64,000 nucleotides of DNA from Candidatus Geocrenenecus huangii (GCA_023254095.1 JALNLM010000006.1:1-64000), one strand, 5' to 3'. Numbered from the stretch's first letter, positions 10,808 to 20,134 are shown. Program-made: numbers and translations. The notes: a model not told the origin generated them from the letters alone.

Positions 10808-11065
10808 TTGAGCCGAGATACATTAATTGGCGTATTATTACTTGTTATATCAATTATTGGCATAGTAGCTTACAACTGGTTGCTCTTCTTCACCGAGTGG
10901 AGCTTAATTGTGTTAAAGTTGACAGCATTCATAGCGGTTACAGGGCTTCTCGCCATATTTGCCTGGATAGGATATACATTGGCCACCACTCCACCTCCCA
11001 AGCCGATAGAAGAAATCGAGAAAGAATTAGAGAAAGAATTACAAACCGAAGAGCAGAAAAAGTAG
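10808..11065 (+). CDS. Conserved small two-TM archaeal membrane protein of unknown function
   Basis: Two hydrophobic helices, then WIGYTLATTPPPKPIEEIEKE and an acidic tail; TATA-like element and GGGGTG upstream. Confidence 0.8.
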   Translation: MSRDTLIGVLLLVISIIGIVAYNWLLFFTEWSLIVLKLTAFIAVTGLLAIFAWIGYTLATTPPPKPIEEIEKELEKELQTEEQKK

Positions 11066-11134
11066 AGCGTATGATTCTCTATTCATCGAGTCTGCCGGTT
11101 CAACCTTCAACAATTAACCTTTATCTATGTAGTC

Positions 11135-12055
11135 TTGTATTTGTTTGAGTGTATGAAGATAACGTTTAAGACGCCGACTGGTAAGTCAGCTCATCTAGAG
11201 GTTAGTAGGCTAAACCCTTTCATTCTCACTGGCGGCTCATCTGGCAGGATTAGGAAAGTCGCAGAATTTCTAGAGAGACCAGAGGTCTTCATCGGAGAAA
11301 GGGGCCATGTCATAGTTAATGGACTATATAATGGTTTGAAGATTTCAGCCATCTCGACAGGCATGGGGCCGTCCAGCATAATGATCGTTCTTCCAGAGGT
11401 TATTGAAGCTGTAGAAGATGATTTCACGGTTATCCTAAGGCTTGGGACAGCAGGGTCTCTACAACCATATGTTAGAAGAGGCCACATCCATATTCCTACA
11501 TCATGCGTAAGAGATGAAGGAGCCACCACCGCCGTCATAGGTTCAGAGTACCCGGCAACTGCAAGTATAGAATTGATACCCCTTTTGCTGAGAGCATGTG
11601 AGAGGAATGGGTATGTACTTGGCGAGAATCTCTGGGTCGGGCCTGTTCATACGAAAGATGATCTATACTTTAGAGAAAGACCAAATTTCTCTCCTAGGAG
11701 GGCTGAGCTCAGGGAGAAGCTTAACTCTTTCGTGGAGATAGGCGTAATCTCGAGTGAGATGGAGTTCTCGGCATACTGTATACTGAGAGACTATTATGAA
11801 AGGTATCTTGATAAGAGAATATTCGTTGGGTGCGTTCTTATGATTGTAAGCGATTTCTATGAAGAAGGGTTAATTGATACATGTGGAGTGGAATCATCTA
11901 AAGTAGATTATGAGTTGATTAAGATCGGCTTAGAGACTTTCACATTATTCAACTCAGTGAAGAATGGAGAATCAATAGACATGGGTGACATTTACAGGGA
12001 ACTCTTTTCATTACATCCTCGAAGTAGATACTATTCTAAGAAGAAAGACCTGTAA
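11135..12055 (+). CDS. Divergent nucleoside phosphorylase (PNP/UDP family 1)
   Basis: STGMGPSS, RLGTAG, VRDEG, EME; specificity residues differ from Udp. Confidence 0.85.
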   Translation: MYLFECMKITFKTPTGKSAHLEVSRLNPFILTGGSSGRIRKVAEFLERPEVFIGERGHVIVNGLYNGLKISAISTGMGPSSIMIVLPEVIEAVEDDFTVILRLGTAGSLQPYVRRGHIHIPTSCVRDEGATTAVIGSEYPATASIELIPLLLRACERNGYVLGENLWVGPVHTKDDLYFRERPNFSPRRAELREKLNSFVEIGVISSEMEFSAYCILRDYYERYLDKRIFVGCVLMIVSDFYEEGLIDTCGVESSKVDYELIKIGLETFTLFNSVKNGESIDMGDIYRELFSLHPRSRYYSKKKDL

Positions 12056-12073
12056 CCTTTCTCCAGGAGAATA

Positions 12074-12949
12074 CTATTCTAAGATTTCGACTGTCGCTAT
12101 CTTGTTGTTAGGCTTCGTCTTTATAGTTTTACCGAACCTCTTAAATTCCTGCTCTAACTCATTTTCGTAGTCTGGCCTGGTTACTGCTACTATTGCAGGC
12201 CCCTTACCTGATACTCCACAAGAGATTATATTCTTCTTCAATACTGCTATCATCGGTTCATAGTCTAGGTCGAGAACTGAGGCTATAATGAATCCATTGA
12301 TCATCATGGCATCCCATATGAGACCGTTTAACGCTAATGTAACAGCTCTATTAGATAGATTTCTAACACTGTTAAAGATTTCTTTATTCAGTTTTCCAGT
12401 GTATATCTTTTCTTCAGGGATACTTATTACGATCGCTATGTCTTCATCCATCTCCCAATGTGCCAGTATTTCCCTCTTAATGTTGTCTGTGATGTTTACT
12501 CCTCCGAGCATGCACGTTACAGAGTCGTCGAACGCTCCAGTAATCGATACTCCCGCATCTATGGAAGCATCAACGGCCAAGTTTACAGCTTCTACTAGGT
12601 CAAGCTTTATCCCTAGAAGATTCGAGACAGCGAGTACGACCGCATCTGAGACAGCGCTTGAACTCTTTAAACCTCTAGCAACAGGGATATTAGAGTAGAT
12701 GTTCAAATGTATACCTATCTTCTTCTCCCCATAGATGTTTAACAGTCTATTTACTGTTTCTTCAACGAGAGCCATATCTTCGATCTCTTCATCTTCTATC
12801 TTAATCTCTACATCTATTTCTCTGCTACCACTTTCAAAAAATTCTGCCTCAACCGATGTTGTTAAGTCTACTCCTAGAGCTGCTCCGAGACCTGTTGGAA
12901 TAGCGTTTACGATCGAGACCGCTCCATGCACTACTGCTCTACTCTTCAC
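12074..12949 (-). CDS. aroK: Archaeal shikimate kinase (GHMP family)
   Basis: GAVSIVNAIPTGLG, PVARGLKSSSA, TGAFDD, SGKGP. Confidence 0.95.
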   Translation of the reverse strand: MKSRAVVHGAVSIVNAIPTGLGAALGVDLTTSVEAEFFESGSREIDVEIKIEDEEIEDMALVEETVNRLLNIYGEKKIGIHLNIYSNIPVARGLKSSSAVSDAVVLAVSNLLGIKLDLVEAVNLAVDASIDAGVSITGAFDDSVTCMLGGVNITDNIKREILAHWEMDEDIAIVISIPEEKIYTGKLNKEIFNSVRNLSNRAVTLALNGLIWDAMMINGFIIASVLDLDYEPMIAVLKKNIISCGVSGKGPAIVAVTRPDYENELEQEFKRFGKTIKTKPNNKIATVEILE

Positions 12950-13802
12950 GTCCGCCTCGTCTCCTTAACGCCTCTTCCCCGATCCTCCATAGAGTATCCT
13001 TGGGAGGCTGAAAACCTGTCCAGATTTCGAAAGCTTTAACTGCCTGCTCTATGAGAGGTTTCAACCCACTTATCGTTTCTGCTCCTGCCTTCTCGGCTTC
13101 TTCTAACAGCTTCGTCTTCAGAGGATTGTAAACGAGGTCTAATACAACAGAGTTTCTTGGAATATCGTTGGAGGATAATGGTGTTTCATCCATATACGGC
13201 CACATGCCGATAGGCGTCGCATTAATTATTATTGAGGAAGCCCTAGAGTATCTCTTTGCTTCATAGAGGTTTACAGACTTCATCTTTAATCCTTCATCCT
13301 TAAATATTCTTACTAGTGTAGCGGCTCTCCAAATACTCCTATTAGCGATAACTATCTCTTTTACTCCAAGCTCTTTTAATGCTACTATCGCTGCTCTTGC
13401 AGCTCCGCCTGCTCCTATAACCAGTGCTCTCCCATCTAGCATACAGTTCGAATCTATTAGAGACCTCTTTACACCTTCTATGTCGGTATTGTATCCTATC
13501 AATTTACCATCCTTCAATGCGACAGTATTTACTGCTTTAGTCTCCATGGATGTTGAGTCGATAACGTCGAGGAGTCTCATAATCGATACTTTATGAGGTA
13601 TTGTAACGTTAAAACCTGCAACGTTTAACGATTTCAATCCCTTAACTACCCTAGATAAATATCTCGGTTCTACATCGAATGCTAAGTATACCATTTTTAA
13701 TCCAAGTTGTTTGAATGCAGTATTGTGGAGTAGGGGAGAGATAGAATGTTTAACAGGGTGGCCTATCAAGCAGCATAGCTTAGTCTCTGAATCTATCTCC
13801 AT
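12939..13802 (-). CDS. aroE: Shikimate dehydrogenase
   Basis: GHPVKHSISP, NVTIPHK, AVNT, NTD, GAGGAA, INATPIGM, DLVYNP. Confidence 0.97.
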   Translation of the reverse strand: MEIDSETKLCCLIGHPVKHSISPLLHNTAFKQLGLKMVYLAFDVEPRYLSRVVKGLKSLNVAGFNVTIPHKVSIMRLLDVIDSTSMETKAVNTVALKDGKLIGYNTDIEGVKRSLIDSNCMLDGRALVIGAGGAARAAIVALKELGVKEIVIANRSIWRAATLVRIFKDEGLKMKSVNLYEAKRYSRASSIIINATPIGMWPYMDETPLSSNDIPRNSVVLDLVYNPLKTKLLEEAEKAGAETISGLKPLIEQAVKAFEIWTGFQPPKDTLWRIGEEALRRRGGREE

Positions 13803-14482
13803 ATATTTCTACTCTCCAGCATAGTTAATATCTCAACCATCTCTCCAACAGTTGGTTGCCCTGGAGCTACTTCTTCTCCTGGAAGGCAAGTATAAGTTAT
13901 CGGCGAACCCATGAGCATTGAAAGTATACGTGAAGACACGCCTTTCTCTCCTAGACCGAATGCTATAAGTTTCTGGGGCGGATAAATCTTGTAGAGTCTA
14001 AGTATCCTTAGATTCTCTTCGAAGCCGTTTATCTTGGCAACTATCTTCCCAATACCGCCTAGTTTAAGCATCTCTGAGACAACCTGACATAGTTCATCCA
14101 AGTTCGGAGCTCTGTCGAAGCTATGCCATGAAATAATTTTATCAGTTTCTTCACTGATTCTCAGATTATGTTCTTTCATCGTTTTAAGCTCTATATCAAT
14201 ATACGCGGGTCCGAGATTAGCCAATTCTTCTATTATTTCGATCCTGGATTTCTCTCCCCCCGTAAATTGTCCACCCTCCCACGACGGCCTAACCGTTATG
14301 ATAACTCTATCACATATGTCTAGAACAATCTTCTCCAACTCCTTCAAGCATATTTTCTCCAAGTAGTCTATTCGAAGCTCTACGAGGTCTCCCCCAATAT
14401 CTAGTGCCCTTTTAGCTTTCCACGCTAGTTCTTGAATAGTTCTAGCTTTGATGCTTACGCAGATTTTAGGCTTCATTTTCAC
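13793..14482 (-). CDS. aroD: Type I 3-dehydroquinate dehydratase
   Basis: ELRID, TVR...EGG, DIEL, SWH, SR, APGQ. Confidence 0.93.
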   Translation of the reverse strand: MKMKPKICVSIKARTIQELAWKAKRALDIGGDLVELRIDYLEKICLKELEKIVLDICDRVIITVRPSWEGGQFTGGEKSRIEIIEELANLGPAYIDIELKTMKEHNLRISEETDKIISWHSFDRAPNLDELCQVVSEMLKLGGIGKIVAKINGFEENLRILRLYKIYPPQKLIAFGLGEKGVSSRILSMLMGSPITYTCLPGEEVAPGQPTVGEMVEILTMLESRNIWR

Positions 14483-15528
14483 CGTTCAATAATAAACTCA
14501 TTGACCGCTTTTCCAAAATGTCTAGCTTTATTTCCAGAGACGTGGACAACGACCTTATCTCCAGGCCTAATCTCGGTGACAGGGATAAGTGAGCCGCCGC
14601 TTCCTACAAGTCTTATCGTTTCAGCATTCTGGAGTATCACGGAACCTTCTATATCGTTGAATTTGGCTTTGACTAGTTTTAGTGGTCTTCGCTCAATCTT
14701 AACTCTACCTATCGAGGCCACTCGTGCCCTACCATTCTTCGATACCATCAATACCCTCATCCCTGAACATAGTTCTGAAAGATATTTAGTCGACCTATCA
14801 GGCATCATCACATAGCAGTGTACTGCTCCAGCGTTTACTCTGAAAGGCCGAGGAGAGGTGAAAGCTGAGCCTACACTCTCATTATGCACTAGGAAGAAGA
14901 ATTGCGCCGTATTCCCTACTAGTAGACCTTCTCCCATCTCAAGCATCGCTACAGTATCGACGCATACTCTTTCACCCATCCCTGCGTTCTTCGTCTCAAT
15001 AATCTCTCCGTCCACCAATTCCATCTTATCGGCTGATTTGATGACCTCATAGATAATGTCTAGGTCTTCAATTGTATTTACGCTTACTACTACTCCATCA
15101 ACCCCTATCTCTAAGACGCCTAGAAGGGTTTCAACTTCTTCAAGGCTTGAAGCATATGCATACAACATTACACCGACATCTTGGAGTTGTGCTATCAAGT
15201 TTTCGAGAGGGATAATCTTCCATGAAGATGTATCTACGAAGATCTTCTCTGCTCCAAGCGACACCGCCTTCGAGATCTTCTCAATATCTTCAACGGATTC
15301 GACCTTGACCTTTACAATCCTAGAATCCTCCTTTCCAAGTAGTTTAACTGACCCATCCTCTTTCTCTAGATATATATTGAATTCACCTCGTGAACTCTCG
15401 GGGATGTTGTGCTGCACTTTAAGATATAGGTCTCTTATTCCAATGGATAATGCATGCTCTAGTAATGTTCTGTCCAGGTTTCTGGGAGAGATTATTATTT
15501 GTTTATTCATTCTCTCCTTCACCAGCAA
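14479..15528 (-). CDS. aroB': 3-dehydroquinate synthase II (archaeal AroB')
   Basis: WKIIPLENLIA, RVCVDT, RPFRVNAGAVH, GRVKIERRP, QNAETI, RHFG. Confidence 0.95.
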   Translation of the reverse strand: MLVKERMNKQIIISPRNLDRTLLEHALSIGIRDLYLKVQHNIPESSRGEFNIYLEKEDGSVKLLGKEDSRIVKVKVESVEDIEKISKAVSLGAEKIFVDTSSWKIIPLENLIAQLQDVGVMLYAYASSLEEVETLLGVLEIGVDGVVVSVNTIEDLDIIYEVIKSADKMELVDGEIIETKNAGMGERVCVDTVAMLEMGEGLLVGNTAQFFFLVHNESVGSAFTSPRPFRVNAGAVHCYVMMPDRSTKYLSELCSGMRVLMVSKNGRARVASIGRVKIERRPLKLVKAKFNDIEGSVILQNAETIRLVGSGGSLIPVTEIRPGDKVVVHVSGNKARHFGKAVNEFIIER

Positions 15529-16306
15529 GTATTCTTAATGCTTCTCTTACTGGTTCCCCATCTATCACTATCCTTCTAAGAGCCCTCGTCATGAGTTCCG
15601 GGTTTTCATGTTGGAAGACGTTTCTACCGAAGGTTATCCCGAAGCCTCCGGCTTTCACGACTGCTGCAGCAAGCTCTAGAACTTGTTTATCATCATCTAG
15701 CTTAGGTCCACCTGCAGCGACTACTGGTATTGGACATCTCTTCACTATATTCCTTATCTCATCAGGGTTTGAAGAAGGCATGGGAACTTTCACTATATCT
15801 GCTCCTAGCTCAGCAGCTATTCTAGCTACGTGCGCAATTATCTCGGGGTCGTTAGGGTTCTTGATATTCTCTCCACGGGGATACATCATAGCTATGAGCG
15901 GCATCCCCCATTCATCACATTCATCAGCCATCATCCCTAGCTTGACGAGCATTTCTTGTTCATCCTTGTTTCCCACATTGATGTGGAGAGAGATAGCGTC
16001 TGCTCCTAGTCTTATAGCTTCCTCGACTGTTCCAACCCTAACCTTCAAGTTAGGGTTAGTTGATAGATTGGTTGAAGCTGAAAAATGTATTATCACTCCT
16101 ATCTTTAACGGTGATGGTAAGCTCTTGAATATTCCCTTATGTACAAGTACTGCTGTAGCTCCCCCCTTCTCAACCTTCCTTATCGTTCCGTGAATATCAT
16201 CTATCCCCCTTATGGGACCTACTGTTATTCCATGATCCATGGGGATACAGAGCATCCTACCGTTGAAGGTTATCCTAGAGATTCTAACTTGTTTGCCTGA
16301 AACCAT
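15503..16306 (-). CDS. aroA': 2-amino-3,7-dideoxy-D-threo-hept-6-ulosonate synthase (DhnA-type class I aldolase, AroA')
   Basis: PMDHG, LGADAISLHINVG, MMYPRG, ELGADIVK, AGGPK, GRNVFQ; overlaps aroB'. Confidence 0.9.
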   Translation of the reverse strand: MVSGKQVRISRITFNGRMLCIPMDHGITVGPIRGIDDIHGTIRKVEKGGATAVLVHKGIFKSLPSPLKIGVIIHFSASTNLSTNPNLKVRVGTVEEAIRLGADAISLHINVGNKDEQEMLVKLGMMADECDEWGMPLIAMMYPRGENIKNPNDPEIIAHVARIAAELGADIVKVPMPSSNPDEIRNIVKRCPIPVVAAGGPKLDDDKQVLELAAAVVKAGGFGITFGRNVFQHENPELMTRALRRIVIDGEPVREALRILAGEGENE

Positions 16307-16312
16307 CTTCCA

Positions 16313-17359
16313 TCACCCTATGTATCCTTTGGCTGTAAGAAGCTCAGCGGTAAGAATTGCTGTACCAGCTGCCCCCCTAATCCTATTATGGCTCAAGACA
16401 AAGTATTTTAGAACATTATTGGATTCTCCTCTTCTAACTCTTCCGACGACGATGCTCATCCCTGGAACCGAACCAGCATCTACGTCAAGTCTGGGTTGAG
16501 GTCTATCTTCGATCTCGGTGACAATTATCGGCTCTCTAGGAGCCGTCGGGAGACTAAGCTTCTGAGGCTCACCTCTAAATCTTCTGAATATCTCTACTGC
16601 TTCATCTAAATGAACTTCTCTCTCGGTCTCCACATATACTGCTTCGAGATGACCGTCTATTGTAGGGACTCTAGCACATGATGCTTCAACAGGAAAACTA
16701 GCATACTCTATGCTGCTTCCATTAAATCTTCCAAGAATCTTTTTCGTCTCCTCTGAGACCTTCTCTTCTTCTTTCTTTATGTAGGGTATTACGTTTCCTA
16801 AGATCGAGTAAGATGGTACTCCCGGGAAGCCTGCGCCGGTAATTGCCTGATATGTTGCTACTACAACCTTCTTTATTCCATAATATTCTAAAACTGGTTT
16901 TAGAGAGAGGACAAGACCCACCGCTGTGCAGTTAGGCGTAGTTACTATGAAGCCTCCTGAATTCTTTTTCTGGTTTCTGATCAATTCTAGATGTTCAGGA
17001 TTTACTTCAGGTATAATTAGTGGGACATCTTTCTCCATCCTGTACGCTGACGCTTCACTGATTACTGGAAAACCATGATCGATGAATTCTCGTTCAACCT
17101 CTCTTGCGGCCTCTGAAGGTAATGATGAAAAAACTAAGTCGGCATCGAATTTCCTCGGATCTGGATCTATAACTTCTAGATCTCCAACCTCCCTGGGAAC
17201 GTTGCTAAGAGCTTTCACTGCTTCTCCATACTTCCTCCCAACACTCTTCTTTCCGGATAGAGTGGATATCTTAAACCATGGATGATTTATTAGAAAGTCA
17301 ACGTACTCTACTCCAACCATACCCGTGGCCCCAAGTATACCTACCTTTATTTTCTTCAT
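16313..17359 (-). CDS. asd: Aspartate-semialdehyde dehydrogenase
   Basis: GATGMVG, IPEVN, TPNCT, GAG, RVPTIDGH, HNRIRGAAG. Confidence 0.97.
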   Translation of the reverse strand: MKKIKVGILGATGMVGVEYVDFLINHPWFKISTLSGKKSVGRKYGEAVKALSNVPREVGDLEVIDPDPRKFDADLVFSSLPSEAAREVEREFIDHGFPVISEASAYRMEKDVPLIIPEVNPEHLELIRNQKKNSGGFIVTTPNCTAVGLVLSLKPVLEYYGIKKVVVATYQAITGAGFPGVPSYSILGNVIPYIKKEEEKVSEETKKILGRFNGSSIEYASFPVEASCARVPTIDGHLEAVYVETEREVHLDEAVEIFRRFRGEPQKLSLPTAPREPIIVTEIEDRPQPRLDVDAGSVPGMSIVVGRVRRGESNNVLKYFVLSHNRIRGAAGTAILTAELLTAKGYIG

Positions 17360-18579
17360 GTCTCCACACCCTCCTCATTCTTAAGTTCACTGATTATCAT
17401 ATTTTTAGCTCTCTCAACATCTCGGCTGGACAATATTAGCCTGATGGAGGAGCTTATGGTTAGTAGTCCGTAAAGGTTTATGCCAGATTCAGCTAATGGT
17501 TTAGTAACTTTGTAGATTATCCCTGGGCTCGTCTCAAGCATTCTTCCAGATATTACTAGCATTGATAAGTCTTGGTAGAGGCTGATAGCCTTCCCTAAGC
17601 TGCCCGATACTAGAGTTGAGTGGATGTCGGCAATAATTCCATCTTTTTCTTCGACGTAGAGAACTAGGGAATGCTCTTCGCTTGTTATCCCAATAATCTT
17701 GAGGCCTCGCTCCTTTAGTTTGTTCACCAGTTTCTCGAAGGCTACGGCTCCATTAAGCTGGTCGCCGACGATGGTCGCCATAGTAATCCTGAGAGGCGGA
17801 GAATACACCTCTATATCAGGTTCATATCCTTTGATCACTGTTCCACCATTACTTAGTAACTCTTTCAAACTAGCAATCCTAAGTCTTAAGTTCTTGCCTA
17901 GGTACCTCAATGCTTTTGTATGAATTATCTTTGAGCCGCCTCTCACTAAAGCTTGAACTTCTTTGAAGTCTAGTTCACTAAGTATCTTTGCATCTTCAAC
18001 CATATCTGGGTCGGCTGAGAATATTCCTGGAACATCTTTGACCAGCACTATCTCCTCAGCGGATAGACAGCTGCCGACTAAGACAGCTGTTGTATCGCTA
18101 CCACCTCTACCCAGAGTTGTTATTCTTCCATCTCTAGTCTTACCTATGAAGCCACAGATTACTGGAATTAATCCTTCAGCCAAGAGTGGTTCGATCTCTT
18201 CTTCTACCTTCTTCTTTGTTTCTTCATAAATGGGCTCAGCATCTAAATGCTTATCATTCGTAATTATTGGCCACCTCTCATCTGAGGGGTCGATGAACAA
18301 TGCGTTCACTCCATGTTCCCTTAAGGCTAGAGTGAAGAGTCTTACACTCGTCCTTTCACCCATTGCTAGTATTTCATCCATCATTGAAGGCTCGGGATTC
18401 TTCGATAGATTTTTAACTGTTTCAACCAACTCGTCTGTTACACCTTTCAAAGCTGAGACAACCACGACTACTCCATATCCATTGTCTACAAGCCTCTTTA
18501 CCCAGTTTGCAGCATCAGCAATAGCGGAGACATCTTTTAGAACAGACCCACCCAACTTAACTACTATACTCTTAACCAA
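17356..18579 (-). CDS. lysC: Aspartate kinase with ACT domains (start taken as TTG 18579 after GGAGGTG; the ORF track extends it to 18597)
   Basis: VVKLGGS, VVSALKGVTD, TTLGRGGSDTTA, KDVPGIFSADP. Confidence 0.95.
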   Translation of the reverse strand: MVKSIVVKLGGSVLKDVSAIADAANWVKRLVDNGYGVVVVVSALKGVTDELVETVKNLSKNPEPSMMDEILAMGERTSVRLFTLALREHGVNALFIDPSDERWPIITNDKHLDAEPIYEETKKKVEEEIEPLLAEGLIPVICGFIGKTRDGRITTLGRGGSDTTAVLVGSCLSAEEIVLVKDVPGIFSADPDMVEDAKILSELDFKEVQALVRGGSKIIHTKALRYLGKNLRLRIASLKELLSNGGTVIKGYEPDIEVYSPPLRITMATIVGDQLNGAVAFEKLVNKLKERGLKIIGITSEEHSLVLYVEEKDGIIADIHSTLVSGSLGKAISLYQDLSMLVISGRMLETSPGIIYKVTKPLAESGINLYGLLTISSSIRLILSSRDVERAKNMIISELKNEEGVET

Positions 18580-18617
18580 AACCAGGCACACCTCCACAAT
18601 ATAGGATGTTTATCTAG

Positions 18618-18726
18618 GCGCCCCGGCTCACGCCAGGGCAAAATAGTAAAAGCTCCAGACGCCATAAAAGAATGTTCTCGCAGTAATGTTAGGTGATCCC
18701 AACTTTACCCGCCTCTGGAGCTTGCC
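18618..18726 (-). promoter_or_regulatory. Candidate structured 5' leader RNA of the lysC-asd-aro operon
   Basis: 10-bp stem AAGCUCCAGA/UCUGGAGCUU, inner hairpin GUUGGG-AUCA-CCUAAC, U-tract, GNRA hairpin GCCCUGGC-GUGA-GCCGGGGC; wobbles fit the mRNA strand. Confidence 0.55.
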
Positions 18727-18746
18727 TCAGTATACTATTATTGCGC

Positions 18747-18762
18747 TAATTAAACCTTTCCC
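18747..18762 (-). promoter_or_regulatory. Putative BRE/TATA promoter of the lysC leader
   Basis: GGGAAAGG-TTTAATTA on the minus strand; predicts a TSS near 18725. Confidence 0.5.
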
Positions 18763-18886
18763 ATACCATTTATAAAAGGGGTCAGAGTCCTTTAGTTATT
18801 AATATAACAATGGCTTGACTTTTATCATGATGGGTCTATTGAAGTTTAATAAGATGAATATTTGATGAAATAGTAGATGATTTAAT

Positions 18887-19075
18887 ATGAGTACACGCTC
18901 CCCTAGATTCTTCAAGATACTAGTTAAATCGTTATGCCTCATAGTCCTAATTGTCTCAGCATATCTTCTGTATCTTGCTTTAAGTCTACCTCTAACATAT
19001 CCAATACTAAACTTTGTTACATTAACGTTTCTCATCCTCTTAGTAGTCTTCAGCCTCTTGACATTGTTAACTTAA
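18887..19075 (+). CDS. Small two-TM hypothetical membrane protein
   Basis: 62 aa, two hydrophobic segments, fills an intergenic gap. Confidence 0.4.
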   Translation: MSTRSPRFFKILVKSLCLIVLIVSAYLLYLALSLPLTYPILNFVTLTFLILLVVFSLLTLLT

Positions 19076-19124
19076 TATGCATCTTTCTCCAATACTCTAA
19101 CTCCTCGAATTGAAGAAGACCGTA

Positions 19125-20090
19125 TTATCTTTCTCTGATGATTTCCCTCCAATCTGATTTTATCTTAGCTCCACCTCTTTTCTCTTGGATATAATTGTAT
19201 GCAGATATGGCCGCGATCGCTCCTTGGCTCGCTGATATCACAGCTTGCTTGTAGGGGATATTAGTTACATCTCCTGCTGCGAATACGCCTCTTCTACTCG
19301 TTGCACAAACCGTGTCTACTACTATTTCTCCACTCTCATCTAGTTCAATGAATTCTTTGACCCACTCTGTCTTCATCTGGTATCCGAGCTCAACGAATAC
19401 ACCATCAACCCTAATCTCCTTAATCGATCCATCGGTTAAGCTCTCTAAGACTACGGACTCGACATTGTTTTCTCCCTTAACTTCTTTGATGATTGTCTCG
19501 GAGAATTCCATAAATCTCTTATTACAGTCTGCAGGGAGAGTACTTGAGTCTAGTTTACTCTTCCCCTTATGAACCAGGTATACGGTATTACCGTAACTAC
19601 ACAATAGGTTTACTGCTTCAAAAGCTTGTGGCCCCCACCCATAGACTACTACCTTCTTTTCACGATATAACGGCGCATCACATATAGCGCAGTAGCTTAT
19701 CCCTCTCCCCTTAAATTTCTCTTCACCGGGGACGTTCATCTCTCTGGGGGTCTTCCCGAAAGCCAGGATCACCGCCTCTGAACTCAACTCATATCCATTC
19801 TTAGTCCTCACAGTAAACACTCCATCCCTTTCTGCTATACCAACAACTTCATCGAACAGTATCTCCACACCATATTGTTGTGCCTGTTCTAGAATCTTCG
19901 ATGCAAGCTCGTAGCCTGAAATAGACCTAAAACCTGGAAAATTCTCGATACTTGAAGTTAGGGTTAGCTGCCCACCAATATCTTTAGTGATAATCACTGT
20001 AGTCAATTTTTGTCTTGAAGCATATAATGCCGCTGTAAGACCAGCCGCTCCTCCTCCAACTATTATTACATCGTAATCGATGTATACCAT
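19125..20090 (-). CDS. trxB: Thioredoxin reductase
   Basis: GGGAAG, GGQL, IENFPG, SYCAICD redox pair, FAAGDV. Confidence 0.92.
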   Translation of the reverse strand: MVYIDYDVIIVGGGAAGLTAALYASRQKLTTVIITKDIGGQLTLTSSIENFPGFRSISGYELASKILEQAQQYGVEILFDEVVGIAERDGVFTVRTKNGYELSSEAVILAFGKTPREMNVPGEEKFKGRGISYCAICDAPLYREKKVVVYGWGPQAFEAVNLLCSYGNTVYLVHKGKSKLDSSTLPADCNKRFMEFSETIIKEVKGENNVESVVLESLTDGSIKEIRVDGVFVELGYQMKTEWVKEFIELDESGEIVVDTVCATSRRGVFAAGDVTNIPYKQAVISASQGAIAAISAYNYIQEKRGGAKIKSDWREIIRER

Positions 20091-20134
20091 ATTCCTAACT
20101 AGTTAACCCTGTTTTATAAGAATATTGTGTTGTC

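Noticed and set aside
18618-18726. Assigning the leader to the lysine riboswitch or H/ACA families
   Set aside because: Only a short AGAGGC resemblance; too short for the L-box five-way junction; no correctly placed ACA or K-turn
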